A stretch of 59,881 nucleotides of DNA, filler included, from 5 parts of 5 records of this genome joined end to end with filler, not necessarily neighbours in it; one strand, 5' to 3'. Shown: positions 49,822 through 58,631, numbered from the whole stretch's first letter. Translations and numbers: made by a program. Notes: generated from the letters alone by a model not told the origin.

Positions 49822-51078
49822 ATGAATAAGAATAGGAAAAAGGTAGGTCTCATACAAAAGACTTCCAATATTTTTATAATGGTAAGCTTACTGTTAATGT
49901 CTTTAAGTTCAATTGCGCTTTATTTTTATTTACGAAATATTTTGGAAGTGGAAATTGAGGAGCAGTTGTATTCTACAGCTGCTAGGATTGAAAGTTCACT
50001 GGAAGCGGGTAAAAATCCATATTCATTGCCGCCAGTAGTAGAAGTAGCTACTTCCAATAAATCTCTTCCTGATATTTTGAAAGATACCTTAATTTATGAC
50101 CCTTCACAAGATGAGATAGAACTTTTTAGGGAACTTTCAAGTTTTAAAAAAATCAATAATATTAATTATAAAATCACAGTGCGTGATCTTGTAGTGGAAT
50201 CTGAAAATATATTGATGGCCATAATTATTTCCTATTTATTAATTATTATAACGGTATTTGTAGTGTTGTATTACTTTAACAAAGTAGGAAATTCCTATTT
50301 GTGGAAACCATTTTTTAATACGTTGGAACAAATAAAAGAATTTTCTCTATCCACTAAAGAACCAGTAGCACTGTCAATCTCTAATATTAGAGAGTTTAGT
50401 GAACTGAATACCCAAGTAAAAATACTTACTGATAAAGTAAGGGGAGATTATAACAATCTAAAGCAATTTACAGAGGATGTTTCCCATGAATTACAAACTC
50501 CCTTGGCCATCATGCAGGTTAAAATAGAGAGTGTTATAAATGATGCACCATTAAGCAACCAACAATATGATCAGTTGACATCCATTCAAAAAGATATTAA
50601 GCGAGTAACTCAAATGAATAAGGGATTGACACTGCTTACAAAAATAGAGAACAATCAATTTATAAACCCAAAACAAGTTTCATTGACTTCTATCGTAGAG
50701 GGGAATATTGCTAATTTTAAAGAGATATTCCAACAAGATATTCAGTTCGTAAATGAAAATGAGCTTTTGGTGACTATGGATTACCATTTGGCAGAAATTC
50801 TATGTAATAATTTAATTTCCAATGCTATTAAGCATCACATAGGTAGTGGGGATATAGTTATTGAAATTACTAAAGAGCATTTATCTGTATGTAATAAGGG
50901 GGAGAAACCAATTTTACATGCAGATCGGATATTCAATCGTTTTTATAAAGAAAATGAGAGTGTGAAATCCACTGGTTTAGGGCTTGCCATTGCAAAGAAG
51001 ATTTGCGATATGTATAATTTTAAGCTTACCTATACATTCGAAAAAGGATTCCATATATTTTTAGTTCAATTTTCATAA
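49822..51078 (+). CDS. Sensor histidine kinase (2 TM, short periplasmic domain)
   Basis: SHELQTPL H-box, NLISNAIKH N-box, IFNRFY, TGLGLAI. Confidence 0.93.
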   Translation: MNKNRKKVGLIQKTSNIFIMVSLLLMSLSSIALYFYLRNILEVEIEEQLYSTAARIESSLEAGKNPYSLPPVVEVATSNKSLPDILKDTLIYDPSQDEIELFRELSSFKKINNINYKITVRDLVVESENILMAIIISYLLIIITVFVVLYYFNKVGNSYLWKPFFNTLEQIKEFSLSTKEPVALSISNIREFSELNTQVKILTDKVRGDYNNLKQFTEDVSHELQTPLAIMQVKIESVINDAPLSNQQYDQLTSIQKDIKRVTQMNKGLTLLTKIENNQFINPKQVSLTSIVEGNIANFKEIFQQDIQFVNENELLVTMDYHLAEILCNNLISNAIKHHIGSGDIVIEITKEHLSVCNKGEKPILHADRIFNRFYKENESVKSTGLGLAIAKKICDMYNFKLTYTFEKGFHIFLVQFS

Positions 51079-51119
51079 ATAACTAAGTGTTAACCACTAA
51101 GTAATAATTTAATTTTCCA

Positions 51120-51154
51120 CTTTAAACCATCTTTAAATTTGCTTTTTAAGTTTA
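51120..51154 (+). promoter_or_regulatory. Regulon promoter 3 (OM barrel)
   Basis: CTTTAAA-ccat-CTTTAAA-n9-TAAGTTTA. Confidence 0.75.
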
Positions 51155-51171
51155 TCCAAAATTCAGACATA

Positions 51172-53595
51172 ATGGATAAAATAAAGATACGATTGTTGTC
51201 TTCCTTTTTGGCAATATTTGGTGTTTGCGAAGCGCAGGAAAAAATAACAATTTCTGGAAAAGTAAAAGATAATCAAACCAATGAAGTATTACCTTTTACT
51301 TCTGTAACAGTAAATAAAGAAACTTCTGAGACGTTTGTAGTAGGAACAATTACAGATGAAGCGGGTAATTTTCAGATAGAAGGATTGGCATTGGGAAATT
51401 ATAGTATAAACATCTCTTTTGTAGGCTATGAGCAATCGCAACGGATGATTTATGCAAGCGGAATAAATACCACTTTTAATCTAGGAGTAATTCCGTTGAA
51501 TCCCACATCCGAAACTTTGGAAGCGGTGGAGGTTTCAGTAAAAAGAGAAGTGACCAATGCTGCATTAAGTAAAAAAAGTTTTTCACTTACCGATAATATT
51601 GCTAATTCTGGTGGCTCGGTATTGGAAGCTATGAAATCAATGCCCGGGGTTACTTTTGATCAAGATGGAAAAGTGTTGTTGAGAGGGAGTGATAAGGTTA
51701 CTGTGCTTATAGATGGAAAACAGTCCAGTTTAACTGGGTTTGGAAACCAAAAAGGATTGGGAAATATTCCAGTTTCAAATATTGATAGGATAGAGATCAT
51801 TAATAATCCTTCGGCTAAGTATGATGCCAATGGCTTGGCGGGAATTATTAATATCATCTATAAAGATGAGCAAGAAAGAGGATTAAATGGAACTGTAGGA
51901 CTTTCATCTGGGATAGGGGCTTTCAGTAAGCGAAAGGAGGATCTCCCGATCGATCTGGGTTCTTATTATATGAATCCGAAATTAATTCCAAGCATAGATT
52001 TTAACTATAGAACTAAAAAGTTCAATTACTTTTTTCAGTCAGAATTTATCATTCAAGAAGCGCTTCCCAATAATGAGTATACCACTAGATTCTATAATGA
52101 TGGAAGGAAGATTACATCCCAAGTTCCTGAGAACAGAAAACAGTTCAGGGTTATCTTAAAAGGAGGTATTGATTGGAATTTTAATGAGAATAATAGGTTT
52201 ACTTTTTCAGGGATGTACGATAGAGAAAAACATATAGATACCTCTCAAGTAGCTTTTATCAACCTAGCCTCCAGTCAAAGAGAACGCTATTATAACTGGA
52301 AAGAAGAAGAGATAACAAGTAACATTAATGTGGTAGCAGATTATGAACATTCATTTTCGCAGCCTGGGCAAACCTTTAATGCAAACCTACAATATACAAG
52401 AGGTTTGGAGGATGAAAGTTATTTTTTGAATGATAGTTCTTCCATTCGGTTGGGGAGGGATGTTACGCATATAAAAGCGGTAGAACATACCCTGGGAGTG
52501 TCAGCTAATTACGCACAGGCACTAGCAGCTGGGAAGTTGGAGGTGGGCACCAAAGTTAGAGTTCGCCGTCTTCCTGTGGATTATATTGTTGAAAGAGGAA
52601 ATAATTCAATTATTTATGAAGGGCTCGGGGATTATTCCGATTGGGGAGAGAATCTCTTTGCAGGGTATGCAAACTTTGTATATGAAAGAGCACATTTTGA
52701 AATAGAAGCAGGTTTAAGAGCTGAGTATACCGAGGTTTTTTATACTCTCGACCCTACAAATATCTACTACAATTCCAACGACGATTACGACTATTTTAAA
52801 TTTTTTCCAAGTGTACGATATACTCAAAAGCTGAACCAAAATAACAATATATCCCTTTTTTATAATCGTCGAATTGATCGTCCTGGAGAAGCAGAACTCA
52901 GGATTTTTCCAAAGTATGATGACCCTGAACTCTTAAAAGTAGGGAATCCCTATTTACGTCCTCAATACACAGAATCTATAGAATTGGCACATAAATTTTC
53001 ATGGACCACAGGTTCTTTATTTTCCGCTTTATATCACAAAAAGATAACCGATGAATATCGAAGAATTTATAGTATTGATGATTCGAATCCAACGTATGAT
53101 ATTATCAATAGAATATATCAAAATACAGGAAAGACGTTGTCAAGCGGAATAGAAATACTTTTTAATCAGGATATTTCCTCTTATTGGGAATTGGGTATGA
53201 GTGCAAATTTTTTTAGAAATAAGGTAGCAGCTTATACTGGAACTGTCTTGTTTCCCTATGAAAGATCCTTTTATATAGAAGAATCTAAGGCAAATGCTAC
53301 TATTTTAAAACTAACCAATGAATTTCAGCTGCCTTGGGAGTTACAATTTCAAGTGGTAGGGCTTTATTATTCACCAAAAAATATACCGCAAGGAAAGGAG
53401 CTTTCTCGTTCTTCGGTAGATATTGGAGTGAAGAAAGTCGTATGGAATAAAAAAGGAGAGGTTGCTTTTTCAATGAGTGATATTTTTAATACTTATGGCA
53501 TTCGACAAGAAATAAACGAAAGCGATTTTACTGCCTTATATCAGAATTATTATGAGACACAGATTGCGAGAATATCTTTTAAATATAAGTTCTAA
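51172..53595 (+). CDS. TonB-dependent-receptor-like outer membrane beta-barrel (likely start ATG 51172)
   Basis: Signal peptide, carboxypeptidase-regulatory-like domain, plug (IDRIEIINNPSAKYDA.G.AGIINI), GNPYLRP, terminal Phe. Confidence 0.88.
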   Translation: MDKIKIRLLSSFLAIFGVCEAQEKITISGKVKDNQTNEVLPFTSVTVNKETSETFVVGTITDEAGNFQIEGLALGNYSINISFVGYEQSQRMIYASGINTTFNLGVIPLNPTSETLEAVEVSVKREVTNAALSKKSFSLTDNIANSGGSVLEAMKSMPGVTFDQDGKVLLRGSDKVTVLIDGKQSSLTGFGNQKGLGNIPVSNIDRIEIINNPSAKYDANGLAGIINIIYKDEQERGLNGTVGLSSGIGAFSKRKEDLPIDLGSYYMNPKLIPSIDFNYRTKKFNYFFQSEFIIQEALPNNEYTTRFYNDGRKITSQVPENRKQFRVILKGGIDWNFNENNRFTFSGMYDREKHIDTSQVAFINLASSQRERYYNWKEEEITSNINVVADYEHSFSQPGQTFNANLQYTRGLEDESYFLNDSSSIRLGRDVTHIKAVEHTLGVSANYAQALAAGKLEVGTKVRVRRLPVDYIVERGNNSIIYEGLGDYSDWGENLFAGYANFVYERAHFEIEAGLRAEYTEVFYTLDPTNIYYNSNDDYDYFKFFPSVRYTQKLNQNNNISLFYNRRIDRPGEAELRIFPKYDDPELLKVGNPYLRPQYTESIELAHKFSWTTGSLFSALYHKKITDEYRRIYSIDDSNPTYDIINRIYQNTGKTLSSGIEILFNQDISSYWELGMSANFFRNKVAAYTGTVLFPYERSFYIEESKANATILKLTNEFQLPWELQFQVVGLYYSPKNIPQGKELSRSSVDIGVKKVVWNKKGEVAFSMSDIFNTYGIRQEINESDFTALYQNYYETQIARISFKYKF

Positions 53596-53598
53596 CCA

Positions 53599-53633
53599 CT
53601 TAAACATTCCTTTAGAATTAGTTCCTAATTTTA
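53599..53633 (+). promoter_or_regulatory. Regulon promoter 4 (PepSY-like)
   Basis: CTTAAAC-attc-CTTTAGA-n9-TAATTTTA. Confidence 0.7.
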
Positions 53634-53661
53634 ATATTATTAACTAAAAATAAAACTTATA

Positions 53662-54114
53662 ATGAAAGTATTAAAGTTATTATTTATGGTGGTCTCAGTA
53701 ACAGGGTTAAGTGCCTTTGCCATTAAAAAAGAGGTGCCAGAAAAAGTAGAAGAAGCATTTAATAAAAAATTCCCTGAAGCTAAGGCCGTACATTGGGATC
53801 AGGAATCTGATCATGAATGGGAAGCAGCATTTAAATATGGTGGACATCGGTATTCAGCCAATTTCATGGATGATGGTACGTGGAAAGAAACAGAACATGA
53901 CATTAAGTTGAAGCAATTACCAGACAGGGTTCGAATTTCCTTATTTCAAAAGTTCCAAAATTATAAAATTAAAGAGCAAGAAATTTCGGAAACAACTAAT
54001 GGTATTCTATACGAATGTGAAATTAAAAAAGGAAAATCCAAATTGGAAGTAGCTTTTGATGAAAAAGGAGAATTAAAGAAAAAAGAAGTGTTAACAGGAG
54101 AAGATGAAGATTAG
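53662..54114 (+). CDS. PepSY-like (BLIP-like) periplasmic protein
   Basis: Signal peptide; VPEKVEEAFNKKFP.A..V.W and LPDRV tandem repeats; F...G motifs. Confidence 0.85.
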   Translation: MKVLKLLFMVVSVTGLSAFAIKKEVPEKVEEAFNKKFPEAKAVHWDQESDHEWEAAFKYGGHRYSANFMDDGTWKETEHDIKLKQLPDRVRISLFQKFQNYKIKEQEISETTNGILYECEIKKGKSKLEVAFDEKGELKKKEVLTGEDED

Positions 54115-54134
54115 GTTTTGATTGTTTCGTATTG

Positions 54135-54170
54135 ATGGGATTTGAATTTATTTTCAAATCCCATTTTTTT
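54135..54170 (+). terminator. Intrinsic terminator
   Basis: ATGGGATTTGAA-loop-TTCAAATCCCAT-TTTTTT. Confidence 0.85.
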
Positions 54171-54194
54171 GCAATAATCGGAATGAAATACAAA

Positions 54195-54229
54195 CTTTAA
54201 TTTTCCTTTAGATTCTGGTACTAATTTTA
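54195..54229 (+). promoter_or_regulatory. Regulon promoter 5 (LTA synthase-DAG kinase)
   Basis: CTTTAAT-tttc-CTTTAGA-n9-TAATTTTA. Confidence 0.75.
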
Positions 54230-54256
54230 CCGCTTAAATTTAGATGCAGTAATTTT

Positions 54257-56236
54257 ATGTGGTATTGTCCCCCTAAACGTTTTGAATTATTGAAGGTTTT
54301 TGTTCTTTTTTTTATAAGCCTTTCATTTGTTGTAAGATCAATTTTTTTATTGTGGAATTTAGGTGAGGTGGATGTACATTTTATTGATATAATACGAATT
54401 TTTATAACAGGTTTGTTTTATGACTTGGGAACAATTTCGTTTTTTACCCTTCCGTATTTGCTGTATTTAATGATTATTCCTAATAAATGGATTGGGAGTT
54501 TATTTGATCGAATAGCTACCTATACAGGTTTTACCATAGGAATATTGATGCTCTATTTTTCATTTTTTGCAGAAATTACATTCTGGGATGAATTCCATAG
54601 AAGATTTAATTTTATAGCAGTAGATTATCTAATCTATACCTATGAGGTAGTTCAAAATATAAATGAGTCCTATCCCTTACCGATTTTAATTTCTAGCATC
54701 TTGTTATTGGCTATTGGTACCTTATATTTAATATATAAATGCAAGGTTTTTAAACATATATTTCTGACGCAAATAACATTTAAAAAGAAAGTATTATTTT
54801 CTTTACCTTGGATTGTAATAGCCATTTGTTTTAGCATGTTTGTTTCCAATGAAGGTGCTGATTGGTCTAGAAACCGGTACAATAATGAACTTTCTAAGGC
54901 GGGGATTTATTCCTTTTTTGCCGCCTTTAGAAATAATGCACTTTCTTACACGGAATTTTACAAAACCCTTACAGAAAAAGAATCTCATGCTTTGGTTAGC
55001 AAACAATACGAAGCTTCTGGAAAATTGATTAATCCGAAAAAAAATCCAATATATAGAAATATTTCACGGCATGATTCACTTCAAAGTGAAATAACCCCCA
55101 ATGTTATATTTATTTGTGTGGAGAGTTTAAGTGCAAAATTCTTAGGAGTATTTGGCAATGAAAAGGGGCTTACTCCGAACTTGGATAAGCTTTCTAAGGA
55201 TGGGGTTTTGTTTTCAAATCTATATGCTACAGGAACCAGGACGGTTCGTGGAATGGAAGCCATAACCTTATCGATTCCACCAACACCTGGACGAAGTATT
55301 GTGAAAAGAGAACGGAATACGGGAATGTTTACTATTGGTGAAGTGTTTAAAAATAAAGGGTATACCCGTAACTTCTATTATGGGGGAGATGGCTATTTCG
55401 ATAATATGAATACGTATTTTAGTGGTAATGGTTTTAATATTATAGATAGAGGAAGAAATTTTTTGATTGGAGATGAGATAGAAACCATTAGGACGAATAT
55501 TAATGATGAAGAAGTAAGTTTTGAAAATGCTTGGGGTGTATGCGATGAGGATCTTTTTAGTAAAGTCTTACAACAAGCAGATTTGCAGACTGTTAATGGA
55601 ACACCTTTTTTTGACTTTATCATGACTACTTCTAATCATAAACCTTATACCTATCCTAATGGAAAAATAGACATCCCGTCGGGGAGTGGTCGCGATGGAG
55701 CCGTTAAATATACAGATTATGCGATTGGAAAGTTTATTGAAAAAGCTAAAACAAAGCCGTGGTTTAAAAATACTGTATTTGTGATTATGAGTGATCATTG
55801 TGCCAGTAGTGCTGGAAGGTGGGAATTAGATGTTAAGAATTATCATATTCCTGCTATTATCTACAACCTGCCTAATAAACACTCAGAAAAGGTTGAGAAA
55901 CTCTGTTCTCAAATCGATCTTTTCCCAACACTATTCGGTTATTTTAATTGGGAGTATAGTTCAAACTTCTTTGGGCAGGATATCACAAATAAAGCTTCAG
56001 ATAGGGAAAGGGCTTTTATTGGAAATTATAGAAAACTTGGACTTTTAAAAGGAAATGATGTAATGATCCTTGGAGACCAAAAAACTGCTAATTTTTATAC
56101 ATGGGATGATAAAACCAATGAACTGACGAAACAAACATTATCCAATGACTATTTAAATCAGACCATATCTTTTTATCAAACTGCCGATGATTTATATACC
56201 AGCGGTAAGCTCACTTTAAAAAGTTTAAACAAATGA
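54257..56236 (+). CDS. LTA synthase/phosphoglycerol transferase-family protein (sulfatase fold)
   Basis: N-terminal TM helices; VESLS, GTRTVRGMEA (catalytic Thr), SNHKPY, SDH. Confidence 0.88.
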   Translation: MWYCPPKRFELLKVFVLFFISLSFVVRSIFLLWNLGEVDVHFIDIIRIFITGLFYDLGTISFFTLPYLLYLMIIPNKWIGSLFDRIATYTGFTIGILMLYFSFFAEITFWDEFHRRFNFIAVDYLIYTYEVVQNINESYPLPILISSILLLAIGTLYLIYKCKVFKHIFLTQITFKKKVLFSLPWIVIAICFSMFVSNEGADWSRNRYNNELSKAGIYSFFAAFRNNALSYTEFYKTLTEKESHALVSKQYEASGKLINPKKNPIYRNISRHDSLQSEITPNVIFICVESLSAKFLGVFGNEKGLTPNLDKLSKDGVLFSNLYATGTRTVRGMEAITLSIPPTPGRSIVKRERNTGMFTIGEVFKNKGYTRNFYYGGDGYFDNMNTYFSGNGFNIIDRGRNFLIGDEIETIRTNINDEEVSFENAWGVCDEDLFSKVLQQADLQTVNGTPFFDFIMTTSNHKPYTYPNGKIDIPSGSGRDGAVKYTDYAIGKFIEKAKTKPWFKNTVFVIMSDHCASSAGRWELDVKNYHIPAIIYNLPNKHSEKVEKLCSQIDLFPTLFGYFNWEYSSNFFGQDITNKASDRERAFIGNYRKLGLLKGNDVMILGDQKTANFYTWDDKTNELTKQTLSNDYLNQTISFYQTADDLYTSGKLTLKSLNK

Positions 56237-57114
56237 AAAAAATTCATTTCATTGTAAATCCAATTGCAGGAAAAGGGAATAAACATATTGATGAAACGCT
56301 TTTGAGCAGCTATTTTTCAAAAGACCATTATGAGGTGAGAGTTAAGAGTACAAAGTATAAAGGTGAGGCTGTAGTGCTGACCCAAGAATCTGTTAGCCAA
56401 GGTGCCACTATTATTGTAGCATGTGGTGGTGATGGAACCGTTAATGAGGTAGCTTCTGTCTTAGTGAATTCTCAATGCATCTTAGGGATTGTACCCATTG
56501 GTTCTGGAAATGGATTGGCTTCTCATTTGAAAATACCTAAAGATATTGAAAAGGCACTTTTACTGATTCAGCATGAGATAACAACCAGAATTGATGTAGG
56601 AAGCTGCAATGGCACTTATTTTTTTAGTAATACAGGCTTTGGATTTGATGCAAAAGTAATACGAAGGTATGAAGGTTTTACTGGGCGTACCCTTAATAGT
56701 TATTTAAAAGCTTGTGTTGTTACTTTTTTTAATAATAAGAATGAAGATTCTCTTGTAGTAACCATTAACGGAACAAAAAAGTATAAAGACCCATTTTTAA
56801 TTTTTGCATCAAACTCCAATGAATTGGGCTATAATTTTAGTCTTACGCCAAAAGCATCACTACAAGATGGTCTTTTGGATGTTCTTATAATCCCAAAGAT
56901 GCAGAAGCTACAGTTAGTATGGTTTGGGGTAATGTTAATTTTTAAAAGACATCTAGGTTTAAATGGAGTGGTTAGTTATCAAACAAATAAGCTAGATATA
57001 ATAAGAAATGAAGGAAGGTATTTTGAATCTCAAATGGATGGTGAATATAAAACTTTAGAAGAAATAGAGGTATCTATTGAATTATTGAAAGACTCAATTA
57101 TAGTAATCAATTAA
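56233..57114 (+). CDS. Diacylglycerol/lipid kinase (YegS/DgkB family)
   Basis: NPIAG, GGDGTVNEV, GSGNGLA, DGE; overlaps the LTA synthase stop. Confidence 0.92.
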   Translation: MKKIHFIVNPIAGKGNKHIDETLLSSYFSKDHYEVRVKSTKYKGEAVVLTQESVSQGATIIVACGGDGTVNEVASVLVNSQCILGIVPIGSGNGLASHLKIPKDIEKALLLIQHEITTRIDVGSCNGTYFFSNTGFGFDAKVIRRYEGFTGRTLNSYLKACVVTFFNNKNEDSLVVTINGTKKYKDPFLIFASNSNELGYNFSLTPKASLQDGLLDVLIIPKMQKLQLVWFGVMLIFKRHLGLNGVVSYQTNKLDIIRNEGRYFESQMDGEYKTLEEIEVSIELLKDSIIVIN

Positions 57115-57126
57115 TATTCACTTAAA

Positions 57127-57161
57127 CTTTAGAATGTCTTTAGAATCAAGATTTACTTTTA
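57127..57161 (+). promoter_or_regulatory. Regulon promoter 6 (second PAP2)
   Basis: CTTTAGA-atgt-CTTTAGA-n9-TACTTTTA. Confidence 0.8.
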
Positions 57162-57227
57162 GTAGCTTAATCCTAAGAAATACTCATGCCTATACTATTA
57201 AAACTACATAACTGATAGCGTAAATTT

Positions 57228-57812
57228 ATGTGTTCTCTTTTTAATTCCCCTACCAAAACCTTCCATTTTAAAATTCAGAGGTGCTTTATATTTTTTGTTT
57301 GTCTTATTTGCTTTTGGAATTTGAGATTGTATTCACAAGAAAAAGCGATTGAAATCTCAGGAGATATTCTTTTGTATGCTATGCCTACTATTTCATTAGG
57401 ATCTACCCTTGTCATTGGTGATAAACAAGGAACTTGGCAGTTTCTAAAAGGTTTTGCCGTAAACGAAGCCATGACTTTTGGGTTAAAACTAGCCATTAGT
57501 AAGCCACGACCCAATGAAGCTAATAATAATTCTTTTCCATCAGGGCATACCTCCACGACATTTCAGAGTGCGGCTTTTATTCAAAAACGATATGGCTGGA
57601 AATATGGAATACCTGCTTATGCATTAGCTGGGTTCACTGGATTTAGTAGGATTTACGCCGATCAGCATGATATACTGGATGTTTTAGCGGGAGCAGTCAT
57701 AGGTGTTGGAAGTAGTTATTTATTTACGACTGAATATCAAAAGAAACATATGGAAGTTACATTTACTTCCAATCGAGATAACATATTACTGGGATTTAAT
57801 TATAAGTTTTAA
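57228..57812 (+). CDS. PAP2-family phosphatase (LpxE-like)
   Basis: KLAISKPRP, SFPSGHT, SRIYADQHDILD; ends YKF. Confidence 0.88.
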   Translation: MCSLFNSPTKTFHFKIQRCFIFFVCLICFWNLRLYSQEKAIEISGDILLYAMPTISLGSTLVIGDKQGTWQFLKGFAVNEAMTFGLKLAISKPRPNEANNNSFPSGHTSTTFQSAAFIQKRYGWKYGIPAYALAGFTGFSRIYADQHDILDVLAGAVIGVGSSYLFTTEYQKKHMEVTFTSNRDNILLGFNYKF

Positions 57813-57963
57813 CACCAATTTAGCCATATAAATAAGGTAGAATATTTAAAACCAATACTATATATTTAACATATTAGTTTAATATAAATTCATCCAATCT
57901 TATGATGTGGGTCACTTATTCCTTTTTAGCATCAAATTATACATGACAACATATTAAATATAT

Positions 57964-58047
57964 CTATCCAATATTTCCGAAAGTTAAACTCGCAAAATAT
58001 TTCTCGGAAAAGGGACGGCATAAAGCCGTTCCGTTGTCTCTTTTTAT
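57964..58047 (+). repeat. 84-bp structured direct repeat, copy 2 (5' part of a long hairpin)
   Basis: 79/84 identical to 42227-42310. Confidence 0.92.
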
Positions 58048-58108
58048 TCCGTTTCCTTTCCACTCCAAAATTTTGCCTTCCGTTTGGGTTATGCTCAAAT
58101 ATTGTTTA

Positions 58109-58130
58109 ACCTGCCTGTCGGTAGACAGGT
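58109..58130. repeat. Short palindromic REP-like element
   Basis: ACCTGCCTG-TCGG-TAGACAGGT, resembling the CCTGCCTGCCGGCAGGCAGG-type Bacteroidetes repeat. Confidence 0.55.
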
Positions 58131-58147
58131 CTAAAAATTTCATTATT

Positions 58148-58555
58148 ATGGAAACAAAAACAAAAGCAAGCGGTGTAGCAAAAAAACAAAGTGCTACCGT
58201 TAAAAAGGACGTTCAAAAGAAATTGACCCAAGAGGCAGTTGAGAAAACTGTAAAAGCTGAAACGAAGGTTGTTTCTCAAAAGCCTGAAATTAGTCTGGAT
58301 GATCGCATCCAGAAGTTTGAAAAGTTACGAGGTTTGGCAACGCAGCGGGAACGCTTGGCAGAGACCTTAACCGAACTCACCAAATTCAATTACAATCAGG
58401 ATGGTTCGAGTAGTTTCTTTATTCGAGATTCCCGTCATCTGGAATTTAAAACCACCAATTCAAATCTTATCAAATTGGTGACCTCGCATTTACAATCCAC
58501 TTTAGAACAGCGTAAAGCGGAAATTGAACAGCAGATTGTTCAATTTGAGTTGTAA
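58148..58555 (+). CDS. Hypothetical mobile-element protein (135 aa, likely start ATG 58148)
   Basis: Lys-rich N-terminus, coiled coil, FKTTNSNLI; A-rich translation-initiation region; followed by a terminator. Confidence 0.7.
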   Translation: METKTKASGVAKKQSATVKKDVQKKLTQEAVEKTVKAETKVVSQKPEISLDDRIQKFEKLRGLATQRERLAETLTELTKFNYNQDGSSSFFIRDSRHLEFKTTNSNLIKLVTSHLQSTLEQRKAEIEQQIVQFEL

Positions 58556-58576
58556 AACTTAATTTTCTATTTATTA

Positions 58577-58612
58577 AAAAGCCTACTCGCAAGAGTGGGC
58601 TTTTCTTTTTTT
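58577..58612 (+). terminator. Intrinsic terminator
   Basis: AAAAGCCTACTC-GCAA-GAGTGGGCTTTT then CTTTTTTT. Confidence 0.85.
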
Positions 58613-58631
58613 AATCTAAAATTTTAACATT

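Noticed and set aside
57213-57218. Selenocysteine or stop readthrough joining the uORF to PAP2
   Set aside because: Two consecutive stops (TGA TAG) and no evident SECIS-like hairpin.
10586-57556. Short antisense or out-of-frame ORFs inside the Flavobacteriaceae genes
   Set aside because: Fully nested in confident CDSs, with composition typical of reverse-frame translations.
58034-58147. N-terminal extension of the 173-aa ORF from TTG 58034
   Set aside because: It runs through the non-coding repeat/hairpin and the REP-like palindrome; ATG 58148 has a typical initiation context.
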